This document shows, piece after piece, positions 19,508-28,402 of a stretch of DNA of 64,000 nucleotides. The translations under genes and the position numbers were made by a program. Position 1 is the stretch's first letter. Each line of letters begins with the position of its first letter. This DNA comes from Candidatus Kapaibacterium sp. (GTDB lineage Bacteria; Bacteroidota; Ignavibacteria; Kapaibacteriales; UBA2268). Location: contig OY762428.1 of NCBI GenBank assembly GCA_963665665.1, forward strand, positions 3,552,001 through 3,616,000. The letters are read 5' to 3'. Below the pieces are notes generated by a model. It searched no databases and had not been told where the DNA came from. It saw only the letters and a program-made list of their open reading frames with translations.

Positions 19508-20971
19508 TTAACCTTTAAGAGGGATGTTCTTCAGGATACCAAGAAGGAGGTTCCAGCATTTTTCTGTTGTGGAAATCTGGATTTTCTCATCAGGAGAGTG
19601 AACATCTTTCAGGTTGGGGCCGAAAGAGAGCATATCCATGCCGGGATATTTCTCGCCGATAAGGCCGCATTCAAGTCCTGCATGAATTGCTTCAATCACA
19701 GGTTCTTTACCGTACATATCAAAGAAAATATCTTTGGCTGTTTTCAGGATAGGAGAGTTCATGTTCGGCTGCCATGCGGGATAACCGTCGCCCTGAGTTA
19801 CTTCTGCGCCACCAAGTTCAAGGGCTGCGCGAACCATCTGTGCCATATCAATCTTTTCAGTTTCAACAGATGATCTCTGGCTTGTAAGAACATAGATTTC
19901 TTCATCTTTTGTTTTTACAAGGGCAAAGTTTGTGGAAGTCTGAACCAGGTCGTCGATATCCGGGCTGTTTCTGTAAACGCCGTGAGGCATAGCATAGAAT
20001 GAAAGGATAAGCTTGTTCTGCATATCGGTAGTCATAACCCTTGCTGGCATATCTGAATCTTCAATACCTGCAGCGATGTTAGCTTCTTTCGTATTCCATT
20101 CTTCTTTGATTTTTTTATCATAGTCTGCAATTGCTGTTTTAACTGCATCAACGTCGGCATTGGCAACTACTATCTGTGCAAATGCTTCCCTTGGGATGGC
20201 ATTGTGAGCGCTGCCTGCGTTAATAGCTGCAAGCCTGAATTTGATATTTTTACCTGTTTCATAAAGGAAACGGTTTATAAGTTTAAGAGCGTTTGCACGT
20301 CCGTCATGAATTTCGATGCCTGAGTGGCCACCCTGACAACCTTTGATAAATACATTAAAAGCTTTTGAATCTGCCGGAACAGCATCTGCTTCGTATTTGT
20401 ATGATCCTGCTGTATTCATACCGCCAGCACAACCGATTGTGAAAGCTCCGTCTTCTTCAGAATCAAGATTGATAAGGATCTCTGCCTGAATGAGGTCTTT
20501 GCCAAGCTGCATAGCGCCGGTAAGGCCTGTTTCTTCATCGAGAGTGCAAAGTATTTCGAGCGGGGGGTGGGGGATATCTGTTGAATCCATCACCGCCATA
20601 CCCATTGCTACTCCGATACCGTTATCAGCGCCAAGTGTTGTACCTTTGGCTTTTACCCAGTCGCCATCGATGTATGGCTGAATTGCATCGTTATCAAAGT
20701 CAAATTCTACATCTGCGTTCTTTTCGCAAACCATGTCAATATGGCCCTGGATACATACTGGTTTACGCATTTCCATGCCCGGAGTGGCAGGTTTACGTAT
20801 AACGATATTTCCAAGTTCGTCTTTTTTTAGTTCGAAGTTATGGTCTTTGGCCCATCCTTCGATATAAGCAGCTAATTTATGTTCTTTTTTAGAGGGATGC
20901 GGGTGCTGAAGAATTTCTTCGAAATAGTCCCAAACTTTTGTGGGCTGAAGTTCGCCTAATATTTTACCCAT
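19508..20971 (-). CDS. pepD: Aminoacyl-histidine dipeptidase (M20)
   Basis: QGHIDMVCEK, GTTLGADNGIG, DEETGLTGA, GGHSG, IHAGLECG, VHSPDE; start re-called at ATG 20971. Confidence 0.95.
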   Translation of the reverse strand: MGKILGELQPTKVWDYFEEILQHPHPSKKEHKLAAYIEGWAKDHNFELKKDELGNIVIRKPATPGMEMRKPVCIQGHIDMVCEKNADVEFDFDNDAIQPYIDGDWVKAKGTTLGADNGIGVAMGMAVMDSTDIPHPPLEILCTLDEETGLTGAMQLGKDLIQAEILINLDSEEDGAFTIGCAGGMNTAGSYKYEADAVPADSKAFNVFIKGCQGGHSGIEIHDGRANALKLINRFLYETGKNIKFRLAAINAGSAHNAIPREAFAQIVVANADVDAVKTAIADYDKKIKEEWNTKEANIAAGIEDSDMPARVMTTDMQNKLILSFYAMPHGVYRNSPDIDDLVQTSTNFALVKTKDEEIYVLTSQRSSVETEKIDMAQMVRAALELGGAEVTQGDGYPAWQPNMNSPILKTAKDIFFDMYGKEPVIEAIHAGLECGLIGEKYPGMDMLSFGPNLKDVHSPDEKIQISTTEKCWNLLLGILKNIPLKG

Positions 20972-21353
20972 TTTTTTTACCTTTCGTAAATTCATTAAAA
21001 GAAATAAAGTCGTTTTTGTATAAATTAGTTAAAAACTGTGTTAATCTGTCATTAACAGGTTGAATTTCGTCTCCGAATTTTTCAGTAAGTTCAGTGGCAA
21101 TCTCACCTACTTTTTTATTGCCGTCGATAAGCAGCCATGTTTCAGTACCGAATTTATCCATATTTGCACGGATATATTTGTTTTTCATTTTGGGTTGCAG
21201 GAATTTACCAAAAAACTTATCGGTAAACCGGGGAACGAGAATGTCTATAAGGCCTTCTTCCCCACCTGCCTGATACTCATAATTCCTGACTGGAGTTAGT
21301 TCTAAGTAATTTACTTCTACCTTATCTTTTTTGTTCCTGCCGAAAATATTCAA
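20964..21353 (-). CDS. PqqD-family (RRE-like wHTH) protein
   Basis: MDKFGTETWLLIDGNKKVGEI...RLTQFLTNLYKNDFI matches the PqqD pattern; overlaps the pepD start. Confidence 0.75.
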   Translation of the reverse strand: MNIFGRNKKDKVEVNYLELTPVRNYEYQAGGEEGLIDILVPRFTDKFFGKFLQPKMKNKYIRANMDKFGTETWLLIDGNKKVGEIATELTEKFGDEIQPVNDRLTQFLTNLYKNDFISFNEFTKGKKNG

Positions 21354-21466
21354 ATTACTGCCTGATCTATTTAAATGTTAAAAAAATAACCTGCTTAATT
21401 GCTGTCGTTTAATATAGGAAAAATTTTCTTTCAGTTCAAATTAACTTTTTTGTTTTGTATGGAAAA

Positions 21467-21895
21467 CTATCTTTCTCCGTAAACCTGAACTATAATATCC
21501 CGTTGCCTTGGAGAATTATCAAAATCAATAAATATGATTTGCTGCCAATCACCGAGTATAGCCTCGCTTTCGAGAACCGGAAAAGTAAATGACGGGCTGG
21601 TAATTGCAGACCTCAGATGTGAAAAGCCATTACCGTCGCCCCATTTCAGGTTATGTAAATATTCAAAATTTTGTGGTGCTACAGCTTCGAAATATCTTTT
21701 CAGATCTTCAATACAGCCTGATTCATATTCAATTGTTGTTATCCCACTTGTAGAACTGGGACAAAAAACAAGAGCCGAACCATTATAAAGACCGGATTCT
21801 TTAACAATTTCAATAACATTAGGGCTGATATTAATAATATCAGTGAATCCCCTGGTGGAAATCCTGAAAGTGTTGGCGTATGTAAAATATTCCAT
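21467..21895 (-). CDS. yjbQ: YjbQ family (secondary thiamine-phosphate synthase-like) protein
   Basis: STSGITTIEYE, HN..GDGNGFSHLRS, LGDWQQIIFIDFD..R.R. Confidence 0.88.
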   Translation of the reverse strand: MEYFTYANTFRISTRGFTDIINISPNVIEIVKESGLYNGSALVFCPSSTSGITTIEYESGCIEDLKRYFEAVAPQNFEYLHNLKWGDGNGFSHLRSAITSPSFTFPVLESEAILGDWQQIIFIDFDNSPRQRDIIVQVYGER

Positions 21896-22191
21896 TATTT
21901 CTGTACTTTTTTTACTGTTTTGGTTTTCCAGTTATAGACCCACATGGAAAACTCAAAAATAAAATTATTGAATACAGGGTTGTTTGTGTCGTCAAAGCGA
22001 TTAACTTTGGAACTTAACTTTCTGAGATATTCATCACGAATATCTCTTGGCATGGATGATAATTCATCATCAAATTGAGCGAGCAGCTTTTTCAGATCAT
22101 CCTGCCGATCAATACCCATGGCCAAATCATTTGATAACTGTTCGAATTTATCCTCAATACCCGTGTTTATTATCCTGTCGCTAAAAGTCAT
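21895..22191 (-). CDS. Small helical hypothetical protein
   Basis: 98-aa ORF whose stop overlaps the yjbQ start. Confidence 0.6.
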   Translation of the reverse strand: MTFSDRIINTGIEDKFEQLSNDLAMGIDRQDDLKKLLAQFDDELSSMPRDIRDEYLRKLSSKVNRFDDTNNPVFNNFIFEFSMWVYNWKTKTVKKVQK

Positions 22192-22286
22192 ATTTTAAAA
22201 TCAATAAATCAAAGAAAAAAAAGTTGTAATGCATAAATATATGCACGAATTTTATCGACGCATCAACTTAGAATATGTTTCAAAAA

Positions 22287-22309
22287 GGGAGGATAATATT
22301 TATCCTCCC
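22287..22309 (-). terminator. Intrinsic terminator of the aspA-hypothetical operon
   Basis: gggaggata-atatt-tatcctccc preceded by an A-tract. Confidence 0.7.
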
Positions 22310-22317
22310 AATAATAT

Positions 22318-22884
22318 TTAAAGCCTTGCCAACAGATGATTTTTATAATCCTGGTCGATATCATTGCCTTCAGGATCGGTAAAATATCTGTTTATGGAGT
22401 GAATAAAATATTTTGAATTATCAATTGCATCGAATATTATCATGACTTCACGCTGAGTAATCGGATCAAGGTTTGTCCATGATTCAACATTATCATTAAT
22501 AGAAAGCATGACGTTGAAGAATAAGGGTTCTTTATCCCTGAGCATTGCGATGTCCCAATCCTGGGCAAGTTCAAGGTCAAGATCAAAAAAATCGTTGATC
22601 AGCAGAAGCGAAAACACAGCTGTCTGCCATTTAATTATATCTTCATCTTTAACAAGCCATTTTTTTGCTTCGCCATTCAATTCAATCTGACGAATTTTTC
22701 CAAAAGCAGTTCCTTTATCACACAAAGTAACATATTTACCCTTAACGCGGAAAAGGCCGTTTAATTCCAGTGATTGAATTTTTTTCTCAATTTTATCGGC
22801 AGTTCTTACTGCTTTGGACATATTGTCCGACATCAGCTTCATTCTGAATAATTCAAATGTATTCATATATTCACTCCTTTTCAT
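22318..22884 (-). CDS. Hypothetical protein
   Basis: 188-aa ORF 2 nt downstream of the aspA stop; no recognisable motif. Confidence 0.6.
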   Translation of the reverse strand: MKRSEYMNTFELFRMKLMSDNMSKAVRTADKIEKKIQSLELNGLFRVKGKYVTLCDKGTAFGKIRQIELNGEAKKWLVKDEDIIKWQTAVFSLLLINDFFDLDLELAQDWDIAMLRDKEPLFFNVMLSINDNVESWTNLDPITQREVMIIFDAIDNSKYFIHSINRYFTDPEGNDIDQDYKNHLLARL

Positions 22885-22886
22885 TA

Positions 22887-24755
22887 TTATTTTCTGAAGC
22901 CCGGTTTAATCATGTTTTCCGGTTTTAGAATGTCATCAAGTTTCTCTTTTGTAAGCAGTTCTCTTTCCAGAACAAGTTCATATACGCTTCGGCCCGTATC
23001 GAGTGCTTCTTTTGCAAGTGAGCTTGATGCCTCGTAGCCAAGCACAGGATTTAGTGCTGTAACAAGCCCTATACTGTTTTCCACCTGTTCCCGGCATATT
23101 TCAGCGTTGGCTGTTATACCGTCAATACAGCGGTATTTCAAAGTAGCCATACCGTTTTTCAGCATCTCGATAGATTCGAAAATACTTTGTGCAATAACCG
23201 GTTCCATCACGTTTAATTCAAGCTGTCCGGCCTCTGCTGCCATGGTAACTGTCAGGTCATTGCCAATAACCTTAAAAGCTATCTGGTTTACAACTTCCGG
23301 GATAACAGGATTAACTTTGCCGGGCATTATTGAAGATCCGGGCTGCATTTTCGGAAGGTTAATTTCATTTAGTCCTGCCCTGGGGCCTGAACTTAGTAAC
23401 CTGAGATCATTACATATCTTGGATAATTTAACAGCAAGTCTTTTCACTGCCGAACAATACATAATAAATGCACCCGTATCCTGGGTTGCTTCTACAAGGT
23501 TGCCTGCCAGCCTGACAGGAATACCCGTTATTTCTGCAAGATGTTTTATAGAATACTCGCTGAATTTCGGGTCTGCGTTAATACCGGTTCCGATTGCTGT
23601 ACCGCCAAGGTTAACTTCAAGAAATAGCTCGGCATTGTTCTGAAGCCTTACAACTTCCTCCTCGAGTGTGGCGGCATAGGATTCGAATTCCTGCCCGAGT
23701 GTCATTGGTACAGCATCCTGGAGCTGGGTACGTCCCATTTTAATTACGCTTGCAAATTCATTAGCCTTGCGGCGGAAAGAATATATAAGTTCTTTAAGAA
23801 CGTTTACTATCTTTGAATTACTATATATTAACGCTACCTTCAAAGCTGTCGGATAAGCATCATTGGTCGACTGTGACAGGTTTATATGGTTGTTCGGGTG
23901 GCAATGCTTGTATTCGCCTTTCTTGTGCCCCATCAGTTCAAGGGCTTTATTTGCGATTACTTCGTTTGCGTTCATATTTGTTGAAGTGCCTGCACCGCCC
24001 TGAATCATGTCCACCACAAAATGCGTATGCAGTTTGCCGTTGATTATTTCGTCGCATGCTTCGCAGATTGCATCATTAACGTCGTCTTCCAGCATATTAA
24101 GATCGTGATTGGCAAGGGCGGCGGCTTTTTTCACCTGAGCAAGAGCTACAATCAAATCAGGAAAGTGATTTATCGATACACCGCTGATCGGGAAGTTTTC
24201 CGTTGCCCTGAGCGTCTGTATGCCATAATAGAATTCGTCGGGTACTTCGCGGTCGCCAAGCAGATCGTGTTCTTTTCTTGTCAGGCCGGAAATATACTGG
24301 GCTGCGGCATCAACAACCTGGTTGGTAGTCTGTCTCATCCTGCGGGAAATAACCCTTGAAACTCTTGATAATATCTTGTTAACAACCTGAGGATGTTTTT
24401 CCATAATATTATCAAAATCCTCACGGTCGATAGTCAGGATTATTGAATCTTCAATAGACCTGGCGGATAGCGAATGCGGATAATCTTCCATTATTGCGCC
24501 TTCGCCGATAAAATTATTATGGCCAAAAATATTTATCCTTTTTTCTCCGCCGTATTGCGTTTTTTTGAATAACTCGACCAAGCCTTTGAATATCATATAC
24601 ATTCTTGAGCGCGGTGTGTTTTGTTCGAACAGAATTTCTCCCTCGCTGAAATTATGAACGTCGATGTGATCGATGATCAACAATCTTTCCTGAGCTGTAA
24701 GGTCTGTGAAAAGTTCTATTTCCTGCAAGAACTTATCAATTGCTTCTGTTTTCAT
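22887..24755 (-). CDS. aspA: Aspartate ammonia-lyase with an N-terminal cyclic-nucleotide-binding domain
   Basis: GSSIMPGKVNP signature, KMGRTQLQDAVP, QGGAGTSTNMNANE; residues ~10-145 form a cNMP fold (GEILFEQ..MYMIFKGLV..FIGEGAI). Confidence 0.92.
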   Translation of the reverse strand: MKTEAIDKFLQEIELFTDLTAQERLLIIDHIDVHNFSEGEILFEQNTPRSRMYMIFKGLVELFKKTQYGGEKRINIFGHNNFIGEGAIMEDYPHSLSARSIEDSIILTIDREDFDNIMEKHPQVVNKILSRVSRVISRRMRQTTNQVVDAAAQYISGLTRKEHDLLGDREVPDEFYYGIQTLRATENFPISGVSINHFPDLIVALAQVKKAAALANHDLNMLEDDVNDAICEACDEIINGKLHTHFVVDMIQGGAGTSTNMNANEVIANKALELMGHKKGEYKHCHPNNHINLSQSTNDAYPTALKVALIYSNSKIVNVLKELIYSFRRKANEFASVIKMGRTQLQDAVPMTLGQEFESYAATLEEEVVRLQNNAELFLEVNLGGTAIGTGINADPKFSEYSIKHLAEITGIPVRLAGNLVEATQDTGAFIMYCSAVKRLAVKLSKICNDLRLLSSGPRAGLNEINLPKMQPGSSIMPGKVNPVIPEVVNQIAFKVIGNDLTVTMAAEAGQLELNVMEPVIAQSIFESIEMLKNGMATLKYRCIDGITANAEICREQVENSIGLVTALNPVLGYEASSSLAKEALDTGRSVYELVLERELLTKEKLDDILKPENMIKPGFRK

Positions 24756-25145
24756 AGCTTCTCCATATCATTTAGCAAAATTGCCGTCATTCCGTTGCAA
24801 ATTAAGTAAATTAACCGAGCTTTCACAAGGATTTTTAGCTTTGGATAAAAATTCATTAGCTTTAAGATATTGTTAATGCTAATTGTAATAAAAAAAAATA
24901 TGATTTCCGCGTATATTTTTATCAGTGCCCGCTACAATTCAATCTGTATCAGGTATTTACTTCTAAACTATATCATCTGGCAGCTGTGTACTGAGAAGTA
25001 TTACGAAATATCACTCACCATCGAATTTTTTATTTCATACATAGAATTTTTAAAATTTTGAAAGCATAATTATGATTTTAATTTGAAATGATTCAAATAT
25101 TTGTTATTATATAATCTGAATTAATTATTAAAACAAGATGAAAAT

Positions 25146-27233
25146 ATGACAGGACAAAAAAACGGCCACAGCAAGCTGAAAAAAGAGTTGAAATTGCCCC
25201 ACGTTATGGCTATAGCTACCGGCACAACGCTTAGTGCCGGATTCTTTTTGCTTCCGGGCATTGCAGCAGAGCAGGCCGGACCGGCTATTGTTCTTTCATA
25301 TCTGTTGGCGGCTGTTCCGCTTATTCCTGCCATGTTCAGTATTATTGAACTTGCCACCGCCATGCCTCGTGCCGGCGGAGTATATTATTTCCTTGACAGG
25401 ACTCTTGGCCCTGTATTCGGAACTATAGGGGGGATAGGTACATGGCTGGCTCTTATCCTGAAGGTAAGTTTTGCACTTGTCGGAATGGGGGCATATATTC
25501 GGCTGTTTATTCCGGATTTGCCGATAATACCGGTTGCTATATTACTTGCTGTTGCACTTGGCGCTTTGAACATATTCGGCGCGAAGAAGTCAGGGCGTTT
25601 CCAGGTATTCCTTGTTATCGGACTTTTAATAATTCTTCTGATATTCTTTGGTAAGGGTATTCCTGATATACATTATATCAGATTTGACGGATTTTTTGAT
25701 GCCGGATTTAATTCAATTATTTCAACAGCCGGACTTGTATATATTAGTTACGTAGGTATAACAAATATTGCCAGCCTTTCCGAAGAAGTAAAAGATCCGG
25801 AAAAAAACCTTCCAATGGGAGTGATATTATCCCTGACAGCGGCTTTTATCATTTACGGAGTCGGGACTGCAATAATGGTAGGTGTTCTGCCAATGGAAAG
25901 TTTGAAAGGTAGCTTAACTCCTGTGGCTGCTGCTGCTGATATGATTTTCGGAGAAGCAGGAGCTATTATGATATCAGTTGGGGCAATGCTTGCATTTATT
26001 TCTGTTGCTAATGCCGGTACAATGAGCGCTTCCCGTTACCCGCTTGCAATGAGCAGAGACCACATCCTGCCCGGCATTTTTACAAAACTTAGTAATTTTG
26101 GTTCTCCATATATATCAATAATTACTACTGTTGGTGTTATAGTTCTAATTCTGTTATTGCTGGACCCAACGGGAATAGCAAAGCTGGCGAGTGCTTTTCA
26201 GCTTCTGATGTTCGCTTTTGTCTGTTTGGCTGTGATTGTAATACGTGAAAGCAGGATTGAGTCCTACGATCCCGGATATAAATCCCCATTTTACCCCTGG
26301 ATGCAAATAATTGGAATATTAACTTCTTTCTGGTTTATAATTCAAATGGGCTGGATGCCCTCGATATTTTCACTGGGGCTGACAACTATAGGTACGGCAT
26401 GGTATTTCTATTATGCCAAAGATAAAGTGTACAGGAACGGAGCTATTTATCATATATTTGAAAGGCTTGGCAGATCGCGTTACGGGGGGCTCGATATTGA
26501 ATTAAGAGGAATTCTGAAAGAAAAGGGCCTGCGAGATACAGATCCTTTCGATGAAATTGTAGCCAGGTCTCTGGTTATTGACAATCCTGAAGTGAGTAAT
26601 TTTGAAGTAATTTCTTCACAGGTTTCTGAATGGCTGTCTAACTTTCTGCCCGGGTCGTCGGAAGATATTAATAAACAATTTATGGAAGGTACCCGAATTG
26701 GAGCCACCCCGGTTACTCATGGCATTGCCCTGCCCCACTTCAGGTGCAAGGGTATTAATCAGGCGGAAATGGTACTTGTAAGGTCAACCGGAGGTGTTTA
26801 CATTAATTATAAAAATCCCATAAAGGATTTTCAGGATGAAACCGTAAAGGTTCACGGACTGTTCTTTGTTGTCAGCCCGGAAGATAATCCCGCCCAGCAT
26901 CTGCGCATTCTTGCTCAACTGGCAGGCAGGCTCGACGAAGACTCTTTTTACAAGGATTGGTTTAATGCCGAAAACGAACAAAACCTGAAAGAAGCCCTGC
27001 TTCGCGAAGACAGGTTCTTTGCTCTTAAAATTATATCCGGAAAAAAATCAGAAGAATTAATCGGATTACAATGCAGGCAAATAAATTTTCCTGAAGGATG
27101 CCTGATTGCCTTATTGCGTCGCGGCCCCTATACAATTGTGCCCAAAGGGAACGTTGTTTTTGAAGAAGGAGACAGGCTGACAGTGCTTGGAGACTCCGGA
27201 AGCCTTAATGAGTTAAGGAAAATATATAGTTAA
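25146..27233 (+). CDS. APC amino acid permease fused to PTS EIIA-2 and RCK_C (TrkA-C) domains
   Basis: TM domain (GTTLSAGFFLLPG, SEEVKDPEKNLP); GATPVTHGIALPH EIIA motif and HLRILAQLA; C-terminal LIALLRRG..VPKGNVVFEEGDRL. Confidence 0.85.
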   Translation: MTGQKNGHSKLKKELKLPHVMAIATGTTLSAGFFLLPGIAAEQAGPAIVLSYLLAAVPLIPAMFSIIELATAMPRAGGVYYFLDRTLGPVFGTIGGIGTWLALILKVSFALVGMGAYIRLFIPDLPIIPVAILLAVALGALNIFGAKKSGRFQVFLVIGLLIILLIFFGKGIPDIHYIRFDGFFDAGFNSIISTAGLVYISYVGITNIASLSEEVKDPEKNLPMGVILSLTAAFIIYGVGTAIMVGVLPMESLKGSLTPVAAAADMIFGEAGAIMISVGAMLAFISVANAGTMSASRYPLAMSRDHILPGIFTKLSNFGSPYISIITTVGVIVLILLLLDPTGIAKLASAFQLLMFAFVCLAVIVIRESRIESYDPGYKSPFYPWMQIIGILTSFWFIIQMGWMPSIFSLGLTTIGTAWYFYYAKDKVYRNGAIYHIFERLGRSRYGGLDIELRGILKEKGLRDTDPFDEIVARSLVIDNPEVSNFEVISSQVSEWLSNFLPGSSEDINKQFMEGTRIGATPVTHGIALPHFRCKGINQAEMVLVRSTGGVYINYKNPIKDFQDETVKVHGLFFVVSPEDNPAQHLRILAQLAGRLDEDSFYKDWFNAENEQNLKEALLREDRFFALKIISGKKSEELIGLQCRQINFPEGCLIALLRRGPYTIVPKGNVVFEEGDRLTVLGDSGSLNELRKIYS

Positions 27234-27469
27234 AAATTAAAAATTATTAATATAAAATTGTTTTAAATTTTACTCGTCCTCAAAATAAAATAGTTAGATT
27301 TATCAGTTATATAGCATTATTAGGCAAAACTACAAATAATAATAATTATACTTAAAACAACATTTATTTTACAATTATCTGCTACAAGTTGACTTTCATG
27401 CAATTCAAGGATATATTATTGAGTTGAAAAAGTTGAAAAGCAGTATTAAATACAAGGACGAGGTTTTCC

Positions 27470-28399
27470 ATGATCATCTTGCAAATTTTTACCTACGCTA
27501 CAATAATTGTATTTGTGGCGGCTGTTATTGCCAGGTTTTTAAGAATAGCATCCGCTCCTGTTCACTTGCGCTGGGAATTGTACCCCGTGCCTCACGAAAA
27601 GGGAAGAGCTCATTACGGGGGCTCCAGGCTCGAGGAAGTTGACTGGTGGGAGAAAAAACAGGAAAAGGACCATCTGGGCGAACTTAAAGTTATGATCCCG
27701 GAAATACTTTTACTCAAAGGTGTTTGGGACCACAACAAAGCTTTATGGATTGGCTCTTTCCCATTCCATTTTGGCCTCTATCTTTTGGCAGCCAACATAC
27801 CGCTTCTGATTATTGCGGCTATTCTTGGTATGGGGGGAACAGTTGTCAATGCAGAATCAACCGGGCTTGCTATTGTTATATATTATCTTATCCTGTTATT
27901 TTCATTTATTGGATCGATTGTCGGAATTCTCGGATCAATCAGGTTATTCTTCCATAGGATGACAGACGATGCTCTCTCAACCTTCAGCAATCCGAGCCAC
28001 TATTTTAATATTCTCTTAATTTGTGCAATGTTCGTTTCGCTTCTTGTTGGCATGCTCGGCCAGAATTTCATTGGAGAAATAACCGGATATTACTCATCAG
28101 TTATTACTTTTTCGGCCTTGCCTGATATGTCGGCTGCAACGGTGTGGCATATTGGAATAACACTTGCTTTTATTATATACCTTCCCTTCACCCACATGAC
28201 TCATTTCTTTACCAAATACTTTACATATCACAAAGTAAGATGGGAAGACGAACCCAACAAAAATGGTTCACCACTTCAGAGCAAAATTGGCGAATCGCTC
28301 AGCCAGCCTGTTACCTGGGCTGCACCGCATATTGGTGCTGACGGAAAGAAAAACTGGATTGCAATTGTATCAGAAACACCCGGCGGGAAGGAAAAATAA
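27470..28399 (+). CDS. DsrM/NarI-like membrane cytochrome b subunit
   Basis: LRWELYPVPHE, EILLLKGVW, PFHFGLY, WHIG, YLPFTHMTHF with heme-ligand His residues. Confidence 0.85.
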   Translation: MIILQIFTYATIIVFVAAVIARFLRIASAPVHLRWELYPVPHEKGRAHYGGSRLEEVDWWEKKQEKDHLGELKVMIPEILLLKGVWDHNKALWIGSFPFHFGLYLLAANIPLLIIAAILGMGGTVVNAESTGLAIVIYYLILLFSFIGSIVGILGSIRLFFHRMTDDALSTFSNPSHYFNILLICAMFVSLLVGMLGQNFIGEITGYYSSVITFSALPDMSAATVWHIGITLAFIIYLPFTHMTHFFTKYFTYHKVRWEDEPNKNGSPLQSKIGESLSQPVTWAAPHIGADGKKNWIAIVSETPGGKEK

Positions 28400-28402
28400 A
28401 AA

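Noticed and set aside
24870-25061. 63-aa ORF in the aspA/permease spacer
   Set aside because: AT-rich, TTG start, no RBS or motif; more likely promoter DNA
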